From Gordonibacter sp. (GTDB lineage: Bacteria; Actinomycetota; Coriobacteriia; Coriobacteriales; Eggerthellaceae), in the NCBI GenBank assembly GCA_034932485.1, contig JAYFOQ010000014.1:33467-97466 (forward strand): a DNA stretch of 64,000 nucleotides. Direction: 5' to 3'. This document shows positions 18,005 to 26,431 of this stretch, in pieces. Numbering within the stretch: position 1 is the stretch's first letter; every line of letters starts with the position of its first letter. The notes beneath the pieces were generated by a model. It was not told where the DNA came from and made no database searches. It saw only the letters and a program-made list of their open reading frames with translations. Position numbers and translations under genes: made by a program.

Positions 18005-19417
18005 GTGGCTGAAGGTTTTCTCGCACGCTGGAAAGGTATATTCTCGCGTATTGGAGCTATGCCTGTTGCGTTTTTGGGCGTTGGATTGTATCGCGCGTGG
18101 CTAGCGATATTTTTTCGGTTCGATGCGTTTCCTGTAATGGGCTTTTCAGACTACGCTTTATTTGAGGGCGCTATCGGTACCTCATCGTTGGTTGTCGCAC
18201 TGTTTGCCTGTCGTATAGCTCCCCTTTGGTCGAACCGCCGCATTGTTAGGGCGACTGCCGTGCTTATGACGGGCGGGTCTGCGTTGTGCGTATTCGTCTG
18301 CTTTTTCATGCAATCTGAAGTTCTGAAATGGATGGGTTTGTTAGCTTCGGGTGTAGGGCTAGGTTTTCTTATTCTCATGTGGACCGAGTTCTATGGAACG
18401 CTTAACCCGCTGCGTGTTGCGGTATACCATGCGGCAGGCATATTCTTCGGGGAGTTAATCATCTGGTTGTTTACGGGGCTCGATGCAACCTATCTTGCCG
18501 CTCTATCTATCGTGTTGCCAGTTATGTCTCTGTCTTGGCTTCGGCGATCTATGCGACACATCCCTGATGTTGATCTGCCGCGTAGGATGACGAAGGTTGA
18601 TCGTGGGGATGTACCGTGGAAACCTATTTTGCTCATGGCGGTATGTACGTTTGCGACAGGGTTTGGCTCGCTACCTGATCAGCCGATTATCGCGGGGAAC
18701 ATCGTGGGAACACTGTTGGTAACAGCTTTCGTGTTTTTTGGTGTATTGTCCGCATCGAAGTGGTTCAATTTTGACACCATCTATCAACTGGCGTTTCCAC
18801 TTATGACTATAGGATTACTCCTTATTGCACCCTCGCTCTCAATGAATTATCAAGTTGCAGCAGGATGCTATGATGCAGGCTATACGATGCTCTCCATGTT
18901 TATCATGATTATTCTTAGCAATATAACTTATCGATTTGGCATTAGTGCTGCGTGGTTGAATGGCATTGAGCGGGGCATTCGTTATTTGACGGAGATGGCA
19001 GGATGGATGCTTTTCGCTGCGGGGAGTGCTTATTTGACAACAGACCAAAACAATATGCTGCATTTTGGTATTACGGCTGTCGTTGTTGTCGCTTTTGTGA
19101 TGATATTTGCTACCGAAAAGCGATTATCGTCAAAATGGGGTATTAATCTACATGCGTCGGATAAGGCTGATGGCGACGATGTGTTTTCTCCTGGCTTGCT
19201 GGCTATGCGCGTGTCAGACCTTTCGAAGGAACATAATTTGAGTCCTCGGGAAGAAGAAGTGCTACAACTCATGGCGCGTAAAGAGCCCATCGCGGAGATA
19301 GAAGCAAACTTGTTTGTTGCTCAGGGAACGGTAAAAGCGCATATCAGCCGCATTTACCGAAAACTCGGCGTACACAGCAGGGAAGAACTATATGCAGTGT
19401 TGAAATTGGAAGAATAA
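18005..19417 (+). CDS. Multi-pass membrane LuxR-family transcriptional regulator, divergent from the reductase
   Basis: About 12 hydrophobic segments; HTH LSPREEEVLQLMA...GTVKAHISRIYRKLGVHSREEL. Confidence 0.92.
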   Translation: MAEGFLARWKGIFSRIGAMPVAFLGVGLYRAWLAIFFRFDAFPVMGFSDYALFEGAIGTSSLVVALFACRIAPLWSNRRIVRATAVLMTGGSALCVFVCFFMQSEVLKWMGLLASGVGLGFLILMWTEFYGTLNPLRVAVYHAAGIFFGELIIWLFTGLDATYLAALSIVLPVMSLSWLRRSMRHIPDVDLPRRMTKVDRGDVPWKPILLMAVCTFATGFGSLPDQPIIAGNIVGTLLVTAFVFFGVLSASKWFNFDTIYQLAFPLMTIGLLLIAPSLSMNYQVAAGCYDAGYTMLSMFIMIILSNITYRFGISAAWLNGIERGIRYLTEMAGWMLFAAGSAYLTTDQNNMLHFGITAVVVVAFVMIFATEKRLSSKWGINLHASDKADGDDVFSPGLLAMRVSDLSKEHNLSPREEEVLQLMARKEPIAEIEANLFVAQGTVKAHISRIYRKLGVHSREELYAVLKLEE

Positions 19418-19435
19418 TGCAAAATTACCCGTAGG

Positions 19436-19526
19436 TGGCGGAGAAGTAGGGATTCGAACCCTAGATGCCCTTTTGGGGCATACTCACTTAGCAGGCGAGC
19501 ACCTTCGGCCTCTCGGTCACTTCTCC
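19436..19526 (-). tRNA. tRNA-Ser(GCT)
   Basis: Reverse complement GGAGAAGTGACCGAGAGG...CTCGC-CT-GCT-AA-GTGAG...GGTTCGAATCCC...TCCGCCA. Confidence 0.97.
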
Positions 19527-19550
19527 GCGTTATAATAGGTGCGGTTCGCT

Positions 19551-19579
19551 ATGATACCGTTACCTTTCCGAACTTGCAA
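19551..19579 (-). promoter_or_regulatory. Sigma70-type promoter of tRNA-Ser(GCT)
   Basis: TTGCAA-N17-TATCAT on the - strand. Confidence 0.7.
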
Positions 19580-19590
19580 GGAGCATAAAC

Positions 19591-21615
19591 GTGCAAAACA
19601 CGAGTGATCCGTATATGAGCACAAACAAAGGTAGTTTTTTGGCTTGGCGCGGTATTGCGCTGACTCTATTTGGAGTTGGTGTGTTTGCCATTGCGCTTAT
19701 CTTTGCTCTCGGAACTCCGGGGCAGGCATTCGCAAAATCTTACGACATGCCAAAAGTTGACATTACTGCACAAGCTGAGACAGATGGTTCGTTGCACGCT
19801 GTAGAGCAGCGCACGTTTGACTTCAACGGTGATTTTACGGCGGTGTGGTGGACGTTCGACGGTCTGCCCTCAAATGCTGAGTTAAAAATCAACTCCATGC
19901 GTATGGCGCGTGTAAATGAAGATGGGGTCGTAACGGGTGAATGGCAAACGATGTCGAGTGTTCCCTTTGTACTAGCGTGGCGTGATTCAGGGGGGCCAGG
20001 TACCAACGCCTTTTCGTTTGATGCTCCCAAAAATACGGTGTACGCTTTTTTTAACGCTTCGGATGAAAAGGTGACCATCGAACTAGACTATACCGTAACG
20101 AACGGTGTTCAAGCTTATAAAGACATCGGCGAACTGTATTGGAAATATATTGGGAGTCAGTGGCAGGAAGCTTCTAGCAACGTTACCATGACGCTGGCGC
20201 TGCCCGTCCCGCAAGGTACACAGGTTGTGCCGGGTGACAATGTGCGAGCATGGGGGCATGGCCCGCTTGACGGTACGGTTACGGTAAATGCCGACGGCAC
20301 CGTTACTTACCGAGTTCCGCAGGTGAACGCGGGACAGTTTGCCGAGGCGCGTGTCGTATTTCCGGTTGCTTGGTTAACGAATCTATCGACTGATGCCTCT
20401 AAGCTTCATGCAAATGAAATGCGTCTCGATCAGGTGCTTAGCGAGGAGAAAAAATGGGCAGACCAAGCAAATCGCGACCGCATGTTTTCTCTTGTGTTTG
20501 TTATTGGATGCGGTGTTATTTGCGTATTGCTTATTGCTTGGGCGCTACGTGCGTACTTCAAATACGGCAAAGAACATAAGCCGAGCTTTACTGATGAGTA
20601 TTGGCGCGATGTTCCCGATCCTCATGTTCATCCAGCTGTAATAGGTCGCTTATGGCGCTGGGATCGTGAGAGTCAAGACGACTTTACCGCTACGCTTATG
20701 CATCTGTCACATCTTGGCGCTATTCGAATCGACAGTGGTAGTTACGATAAGCCAAAGTCGCTAGGTCGTACTGAAAAGGTGGATGACTACTATCTTACGC
20801 GTATGCCTGCCGTAGCAGATAAGATAACCGACCCCATTGATCGCGCCGCCCTCGATTTGCTGTTTGATACCGTTGCTGGTGGGCAAAATTCGTTGTGGTT
20901 TGGATCTATCGAGACGTTTGGTAAGGATAACCCAGAACGATTCGTTGACGAGCTGCGCACGTGGCAGGGTGTCGTTTCCGCTCAAACGAACCGCGAAGAT
21001 TTTTTTGAGGCTAAAAGCAAACGATATCAGGGCTATTTAATTATGCTGGCCGTTGTCGTTGGTATCGCAGGATTAGCTATCGGCTTTTTTATGGGAAACT
21101 TTATCCCGTTGATATTTATGCTTCCTACCGCTGTAGCGCTAGGTGTTATTGGAAATTATTTGCCCCGCCGCAGTGTGGAGGGCAATAACCTTGTGGCGAA
21201 GTGTAAGGCACTGCGAAACTGGTTGCGTGACTTTTCAGCCTTGGATGAGCGTCCTCCTACCGATGTGAAGGTGTGGGGCGAGTTTATGGTGTATGCGTAC
21301 CTATTCGGCATTGCCGAGCAGGTTATGAAAGAGCTGCAGACTAACGTTCCCGAACTGTTTGAAGGGGATGCGGGTACGGTGGGTGGTTATGGCTACGTGC
21401 CATGGTGGTTCTGGTATGCGCCGATGTATGGTCCTCAGGGTTCGGTTATGCCGTCCGCAGGCGATCTATTTCATACCGCAGTTGCTAACACCGTGTCTAC
21501 TGCCCAAGCTGCCATGTCGGGTGCTAGCGGGAACTTCTCCGATGGCGGCGGCTTTGGCGGCGGCTTTTCGGGCGGCGGTGGCGGAGGGTTTGGCGGAGGC
21601 GGCGGCGCACGCTAG
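19591..21615 (+). CDS. DUF2207-type membrane protein
   Basis: Exported N-terminal domain (WGHGP), three TM segments, LVYAYLFG-like motif and Gly-rich C-terminus GGGFSGGGGGGFGGGGGAR; SD AAGGAG. Confidence 0.88.
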   Translation: MQNTSDPYMSTNKGSFLAWRGIALTLFGVGVFAIALIFALGTPGQAFAKSYDMPKVDITAQAETDGSLHAVEQRTFDFNGDFTAVWWTFDGLPSNAELKINSMRMARVNEDGVVTGEWQTMSSVPFVLAWRDSGGPGTNAFSFDAPKNTVYAFFNASDEKVTIELDYTVTNGVQAYKDIGELYWKYIGSQWQEASSNVTMTLALPVPQGTQVVPGDNVRAWGHGPLDGTVTVNADGTVTYRVPQVNAGQFAEARVVFPVAWLTNLSTDASKLHANEMRLDQVLSEEKKWADQANRDRMFSLVFVIGCGVICVLLIAWALRAYFKYGKEHKPSFTDEYWRDVPDPHVHPAVIGRLWRWDRESQDDFTATLMHLSHLGAIRIDSGSYDKPKSLGRTEKVDDYYLTRMPAVADKITDPIDRAALDLLFDTVAGGQNSLWFGSIETFGKDNPERFVDELRTWQGVVSAQTNREDFFEAKSKRYQGYLIMLAVVVGIAGLAIGFFMGNFIPLIFMLPTAVALGVIGNYLPRRSVEGNNLVAKCKALRNWLRDFSALDERPPTDVKVWGEFMVYAYLFGIAEQVMKELQTNVPELFEGDAGTVGGYGYVPWWFWYAPMYGPQGSVMPSAGDLFHTAVANTVSTAQAAMSGASGNFSDGGGFGGGFSGGGGGGFGGGGGAR

Positions 21616-21631
21616 ATTGAACTAACACTTT

Positions 21632-21669
21632 ACAAGATAGCCGGACTTGTAGTGTTCGGCTATCTTTGT
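21632..21669 (+). terminator. Intrinsic terminator after the DUF2207 gene
   Basis: AAGATAGCCG / CGGCTATCTT stem. Confidence 0.65.
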
Positions 21670-21782
21670 GTATCTGGAATCGTAAGTAGGTGCCATCATG
21701 TAAACGTATCGGGTTTTGCGGGGGGCTCGTCTGATATGCTGGCGCAGAGCGTACTTGTTGCTTACCTAGTCGATGACGATGA

Positions 21783-24119
21783 TTGAGGATGTGGTACGTG
21801 CCCGCCCACGAGGACATTGAATCGAAGTATTCATACAAAAGCAATGTTAAAACCGCGCTCGTATGCGGGGCCGGCCTTTTTATTATCATTGCGGCTTTAA
21901 TTGTGTGCATCAATGTTATCTCGCGGGAGACTGAATCGTCGCTCAAGCGGTTCATGGGGGAAGTTGCCGAAGTTGAAAGCGCCAATGCTCGCGCTATTTT
22001 TGAGGGCCAGTTTAACATCCTTCATGGAGCGTCTGCCTTCATTACGCAGGAGAATATCGATGATAATGCTAATTTGCTCGAACGATTTCAGGAAGTAGTT
22101 GACTCGGGATCGTTTTTGCGTGTGGGAGTAATTGATCGTGAGGGAGATAGCACTGCCTACGATCAAAGCTTAGGGATCTTGGTTTCTCGTGATTATGTTG
22201 AACAAGACTTTATTGGGAAGTCTATGGATGGCGACGATTACGTTAGCGTTCCTTATAAGGATAAATTGACAGGAGAACAGGTTATTGCCTTCTCTGTGCC
22301 CGTTTTCGATGTAAAGCGTGAGGGTGGAGCTCCCATTGGAATATTGGTCGGTGTTACTTCGGCCGAAGCGTTTGCGGGCGTTATTGATATCAGCCTGTTT
22401 GGAGGACATGGATCTGTCTGCCTTGTCGACTCGAAGGGTGCTGTTCTTCTGCGGCCGTCCCGCACGACTACCGCCGCTGTAAATCTGTTTTCAGCAGAAT
22501 ATACGGAAGCTAGTTTGTCTACTGAGATGAGATCAAATCTTACGCAGGCTGAAGGCGGCTCCGCTACGGTCATTCAGCCAAACAACACAACGCTGTTTGT
22601 TATATCTCGGCCTGTTGGTATTAACGATTGGTTTATAAACGTAGTTGTCCCCGCCACGTATCTCAACGCCCAAAATTTCACTGCACTCGTCGCTTCCGTT
22701 GCGATGGCTTTGTTTGTGGTGGTCGTGGTGTCGCTTCTTATGTATCTTATTTTAAGAGCGCGTCACCGGACTGAGGAAATACTCGCTCGTGAAGCGCTTT
22801 CCGATCGGCTTACCGGTATTGATAATGAACTTGCATTCATGCGTAAGGGTTCGGCGAGATCTGAGTATTACGAGGGAGGCTATTCTCTCGTGCTTTTCAA
22901 CTTGGTTGGATTTTCGCTTTTTAATACTATATACGGCTTCGACGAAGGTACCGCTTGTTTGCGCGATATCGCACGTCTTTTGAAGTCAGACTTAAATCGG
23001 CGCGAGTTGGTGGCACATTTAACAGGCGATCGGTTTGCCATGCTGATAGAATCACCTACCATTAGGCGCCTCGACGTGAGGCTTGTGGGGCTTATGAACC
23101 GCGTTGAATCGGCAGCTCGAGTCGCCGATTCTCAGTATCGCATCGTATCGCAGTGCTGCGTCTACCCGCTCGAGGCAGCTGATTTCGGTCGCGATCTTAA
23201 TCTTATTTTGGAGGATATGGCTGTACCCTTGAAACGCGCGCAGAGCCAATTAGAATTGCGTATCGTTCACTACGACGAGCAGGATGCTGCTGCGGCCACG
23301 CGCTCTCGCCAAATTGAGAGTGTTATGTCGACTGCCCCACTGGAGGAAGAGTTTCTTGCGTTCTTTCAGCCTCAATACGATATTACCGGTAGTATGCCCG
23401 TACTGTGCGGCGCCGAGGCACTTGCACGATGGAACTCGCCGATTCTTGGGTTGGTTACGCCCGACGAGTTTGTTCCTATTTTAGAACGGAGTGGCTCTAT
23501 CGGCCAGGTAGATCGTTATGTACTCGAGCGTGTTTGTGTGAGTCTACGCAAATGGCTCGATGACGGTTTGCAGTGCGTTCCTATTTCCGTCAACCTCTCG
23601 CGTAGGAATTTATTTAGCGTCGATCTGGTTGACCGTCTCGAACTTATTGTGGGTAAATATGAGATTCCTCACGAACTTATTAAACTAGAATTGACGGAAA
23701 GTGTTGTTGCAGAAAATAAGCAGGAGCTTATTGCTGCGGCAAATAAGTTAAGGACGCACGGTTTTAAGATTGTTATGGATGATTTTGGGACAGGGTATTC
23801 GTCGTTCCCTGTACTCAAGGATATTCCGTTCGATGCCATCAAGCTTGATCGCTCGTTTTTTGGAGAATCAATGGTTGACGAACGAGGCGCTGCAACACTG
23901 GTAAGCATGATCGGGTTGCTTGTACAGCTGGGTTTTAAGATACTGGCTGAAGGGGTAGAGACTGCTCGTGAGGTTTTCCAGCTTAAGGAATGGGGCTGTC
24001 AGATTATCCAAGGATATGTGTTTGGTCGGTCTGTTGAGAGTGCGGTATTTGAACACGAATGTTTGCGGCCTGCGCAAGCTGATCTTCTTGGTAAGCAGAT
24101 GGGCGACGGCTTATGGTAG
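21783..24119 (+). CDS. Membrane Cache-sensor GGDEF(degenerate)-EAL protein, probable c-di-GMP phosphodiesterase
   Basis: TM-sensor-TM layout; DRLTG...N; TGDRF in place of GGDEF; EALARW, ELTE, DDFGTGYS, KLDRSF, AEGVE; exact start uncertain. Confidence 0.88.
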   Translation: MRMWYVPAHEDIESKYSYKSNVKTALVCGAGLFIIIAALIVCINVISRETESSLKRFMGEVAEVESANARAIFEGQFNILHGASAFITQENIDDNANLLERFQEVVDSGSFLRVGVIDREGDSTAYDQSLGILVSRDYVEQDFIGKSMDGDDYVSVPYKDKLTGEQVIAFSVPVFDVKREGGAPIGILVGVTSAEAFAGVIDISLFGGHGSVCLVDSKGAVLLRPSRTTTAAVNLFSAEYTEASLSTEMRSNLTQAEGGSATVIQPNNTTLFVISRPVGINDWFINVVVPATYLNAQNFTALVASVAMALFVVVVVSLLMYLILRARHRTEEILAREALSDRLTGIDNELAFMRKGSARSEYYEGGYSLVLFNLVGFSLFNTIYGFDEGTACLRDIARLLKSDLNRRELVAHLTGDRFAMLIESPTIRRLDVRLVGLMNRVESAARVADSQYRIVSQCCVYPLEAADFGRDLNLILEDMAVPLKRAQSQLELRIVHYDEQDAAAATRSRQIESVMSTAPLEEEFLAFFQPQYDITGSMPVLCGAEALARWNSPILGLVTPDEFVPILERSGSIGQVDRYVLERVCVSLRKWLDDGLQCVPISVNLSRRNLFSVDLVDRLELIVGKYEIPHELIKLELTESVVAENKQELIAAANKLRTHGFKIVMDDFGTGYSSFPVLKDIPFDAIKLDRSFFGESMVDERGAATLVSMIGLLVQLGFKILAEGVETAREVFQLKEWGCQIIQGYVFGRSVESAVFEHECLRPAQADLLGKQMGDGLW

Positions 24120-24176
24120 TTGAGTCTATTGCGTAAAGACCTGTTGATTCAATTTCCTTTGGCTTCTTCCTCTGTT

Positions 24177-24219
24177 TGTTGTAAATGCAACATACGAGTG
24201 CACAAACTCTTTCTATAGT
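24177..24219 (+). promoter_or_regulatory. hcp promoter: palindrome TGTTG-N6-CAACA plus -10 TATAGT
   Basis: Palindrome at 24177-24192, -10 at 24214-24219; geometry fits a class II Crp/Fnr-family site centred at -41.5. Confidence 0.65.
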
Positions 24220-24323
24220 GAGGACAGGTGTTGCAAACCCCTCGTACTTTGGCTTATTGCGTGTACGAAGAGTAGGGGAGGTTTGTTCCGATGGACGTGA
24301 ACCACTCAGAGAGGAAGCCAGCT

Positions 24324-25964
24324 ATGGAAAGCCCGATGTTTTGCTACCAATGCCAGGAAACCGCCGGGAATAAAGGATGCGCTATTTCGGGGGTGTGCGG
24401 AAAGAAGCCTGATACCTCGAATCTGCAAGATGTATTGGTGTACGTAACACGTGGCCTAGCGCAAGTGGCCTCGCGTTTGCGAGCTGAAGGAAAGGTCGTT
24501 CCGGTTGAAGTAAGTCAACGTGTGGCCTTGAATCTATTTGTTACGATTACCAATGCAAATTTCGACGACGAAGCCATTATTCTGCGTATCGAAGATACAG
24601 TGCAACAGACCGCGGGACTTCGAAAGCAGCTAGAAACTGTTAACGACTTGTCTGATGCTGCGTTGTGGGAGCCAGCAAATAAAGAGGAGCTCTTGGCAAA
24701 GGCTCCCGAAGTGGGCGTCATGGCCACGAGTGATGATGATATTCGTAGTTTACGCTGGTTGCTTATTTATGGACTAAAAGGTATGGCCGCTTATGCCGAT
24801 CATGCTCGAGTTTTGGGCTATGATCAAGAAGAAATTGACACCTTCATGCAGGAAGCCCTCGCAAAGACCCTCGATGATACGCTTACGGTGGACGATCTGG
24901 TGGCTTTAGTGCTGCAGGCAGGTAAGTACGGCGTAGACACTATGGCGCTTCTAGACAAGGCGAATACTGAAACTTACGGAAACCCTGAGATTACTACTGT
25001 TTCTACGGGCGTACGTGCCAATCCAGGTATCCTCGTGTCTGGGCATGATCTGCGCGATTTGGAAATGCTGCTTGAGCAGACGGCAGGAAGTGGCGTTGAT
25101 GTGTACACTCATGGAGAAATGCTTCCAGCGCATTACTATCCAGCTTTTAAGAAATACGATCACTTTATTGGAAACTATGGAAATGCGTGGTGGAATCAGA
25201 AAGAGGAATTTGAGCAGTTCAATGGTCCTATTCTTCTAACTACAAATTGTCTCGTTCCACCGAAGGAAAGCTACTTCGATCGCATTTATACTACGGGTGC
25301 TGTTGGGTTTCCCGGTTGTAACTATATTTCTGGCGACATTGGCGAGCAGAAAGATTTCTCGACGATTATCGAACACGCAAAGCACTGTGACGCTCCTGTG
25401 GAATTGGAGAATGGTGAGATTGTTGGCGGCTTCGCTCACACCCAAGTGCTTGCTTTGGCCGATAAGGTTATCGAGGCGGTGAACAGTGGGGCTATCAAGA
25501 AATTCGTTGTTATGGCGGGTTGTGATGGTCGCGCAAAAGGTCGCTCGTACTACGCCGATTTTGCTGAGCAGTTGCCGCAGGACACCATCATTCTTACAGC
25601 AGGATGTGCGAAATATCGCTACAACAAGTTAGAATTGGGTGATATCGGTGGCATTCCTCGTGTGTTGGATGCGGGGCAGTGTAACGACAGCTACTCTCTT
25701 GCCGTTATTGCGCTAGCTTTGAAGGACGCTTTCGGTTTAGATGACGTGAACGACTTGCCCATTATTTATAACATTGCCTGGTATGAGCAGAAGGCGGTTA
25801 TTGTGTTGTTGGCTTTGCTTGCCTTGGGCGTGAAGAATATCCATCTTGGCCCTACGCTTCCTGCCTTCTTGTCGCCGAATGTAGCGAAAGTGCTGGTGGA
25901 GAACTTTGGTATTGCTGGCATTGGTAGCGTTGAGGAAGACCTGGAGTTGTTCTTTGCCAATTAA
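24324..25964 (+). CDS. hcp: Hybrid-cluster protein (hydroxylamine/NO reductase)
   Basis: MFCYQCQET...GC...GVCGK, SGHDL, YTHGEM, TTNC, GCDGR, GQCNDSY, WYEQK. Confidence 0.97.
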   Translation: MESPMFCYQCQETAGNKGCAISGVCGKKPDTSNLQDVLVYVTRGLAQVASRLRAEGKVVPVEVSQRVALNLFVTITNANFDDEAIILRIEDTVQQTAGLRKQLETVNDLSDAALWEPANKEELLAKAPEVGVMATSDDDIRSLRWLLIYGLKGMAAYADHARVLGYDQEEIDTFMQEALAKTLDDTLTVDDLVALVLQAGKYGVDTMALLDKANTETYGNPEITTVSTGVRANPGILVSGHDLRDLEMLLEQTAGSGVDVYTHGEMLPAHYYPAFKKYDHFIGNYGNAWWNQKEEFEQFNGPILLTTNCLVPPKESYFDRIYTTGAVGFPGCNYISGDIGEQKDFSTIIEHAKHCDAPVELENGEIVGGFAHTQVLALADKVIEAVNSGAIKKFVVMAGCDGRAKGRSYYADFAEQLPQDTIILTAGCAKYRYNKLELGDIGGIPRVLDAGQCNDSYSLAVIALALKDAFGLDDVNDLPIIYNIAWYEQKAVIVLLALLALGVKNIHLGPTLPAFLSPNVAKVLVENFGIAGIGSVEEDLELFFAN

Positions 25965-25995
25965 GAATAAGTCACAATTTGAATGAGCTGGAATG

Positions 25996-26024
25996 AAAAA
26001 GCCAGGCGATATGCCTGGCTTTTT
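25996..26024. terminator. Bidirectional terminator between hcp and tRNA-Leu
   Basis: AAAAAGCCAGGC / GCCTGGCTTTTT. Confidence 0.88.
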
Positions 26025-26033
26025 AGAATTCGA

Positions 26034-26120
26034 TGGTGCGGGTGAAAGGACTTGAACCTTCATGGGGTTGCCCCCATACGGACCTGAACCGTACGCGTCT
26101 GCCAATTCCGCCACACCCGC
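26034..26120 (-). tRNA. tRNA-Leu(CAG)
   Basis: Reverse complement GCGGGTGTGGCGGAATTGGCAGACG...TACGG-TT-CAG-GT-CCGTA...GGTTCAAGTCC...CGCACCA; promoter TTGCCA-N17-TATCAT at 26157-26185. Confidence 0.97.
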
Positions 26121-26223
26121 ATCTCATATCTTCGGCAAAAGCCGAAGCGAGTGAACATGATACTCCAGTTGAATTACCTTGGCAAGGGATTGTTTGTGGC
26201 ATTTTGACTAAGGAACTGGCGTG

Positions 26224-26299
26224 ATTTCAATTGTTAATTGCCAAAATTAGTGCAGGTTGAACTGCTAAGGTTTGGCAATTAACGCAGCAATTTCAATTG
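26224..26299. repeat. 13-bp inverted repeat flanked by 10-bp direct repeats
   Basis: GTTAATTGCCAAA (26233-26245) / TTTGGCAATTAAC (26271-26283); ATTTCAATTG at 26224-26233 and 26290-26299. Confidence 0.85.
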
Positions 26300-26431
26300 A
26301 CTACACATGACGCCGTGTTCAAGCATGTTATGTGCAGTATCCTGTCGATGCGGTATCATGATGTTTACCGGCTGGCCGCTGGGTTTCTGCCGCTTTCTAC
26401 AATCGAGTCTCAACCGCAGCATGGAAGGCGT

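Noticed and set aside
26233-26283. Integron attC site
   Set aside because: The core orientation is reversed (GTT at the 5' end, AAC at the 3' end), it does not fit RYYYAAC...GTTRRRY, and there is no integrase or cassette array
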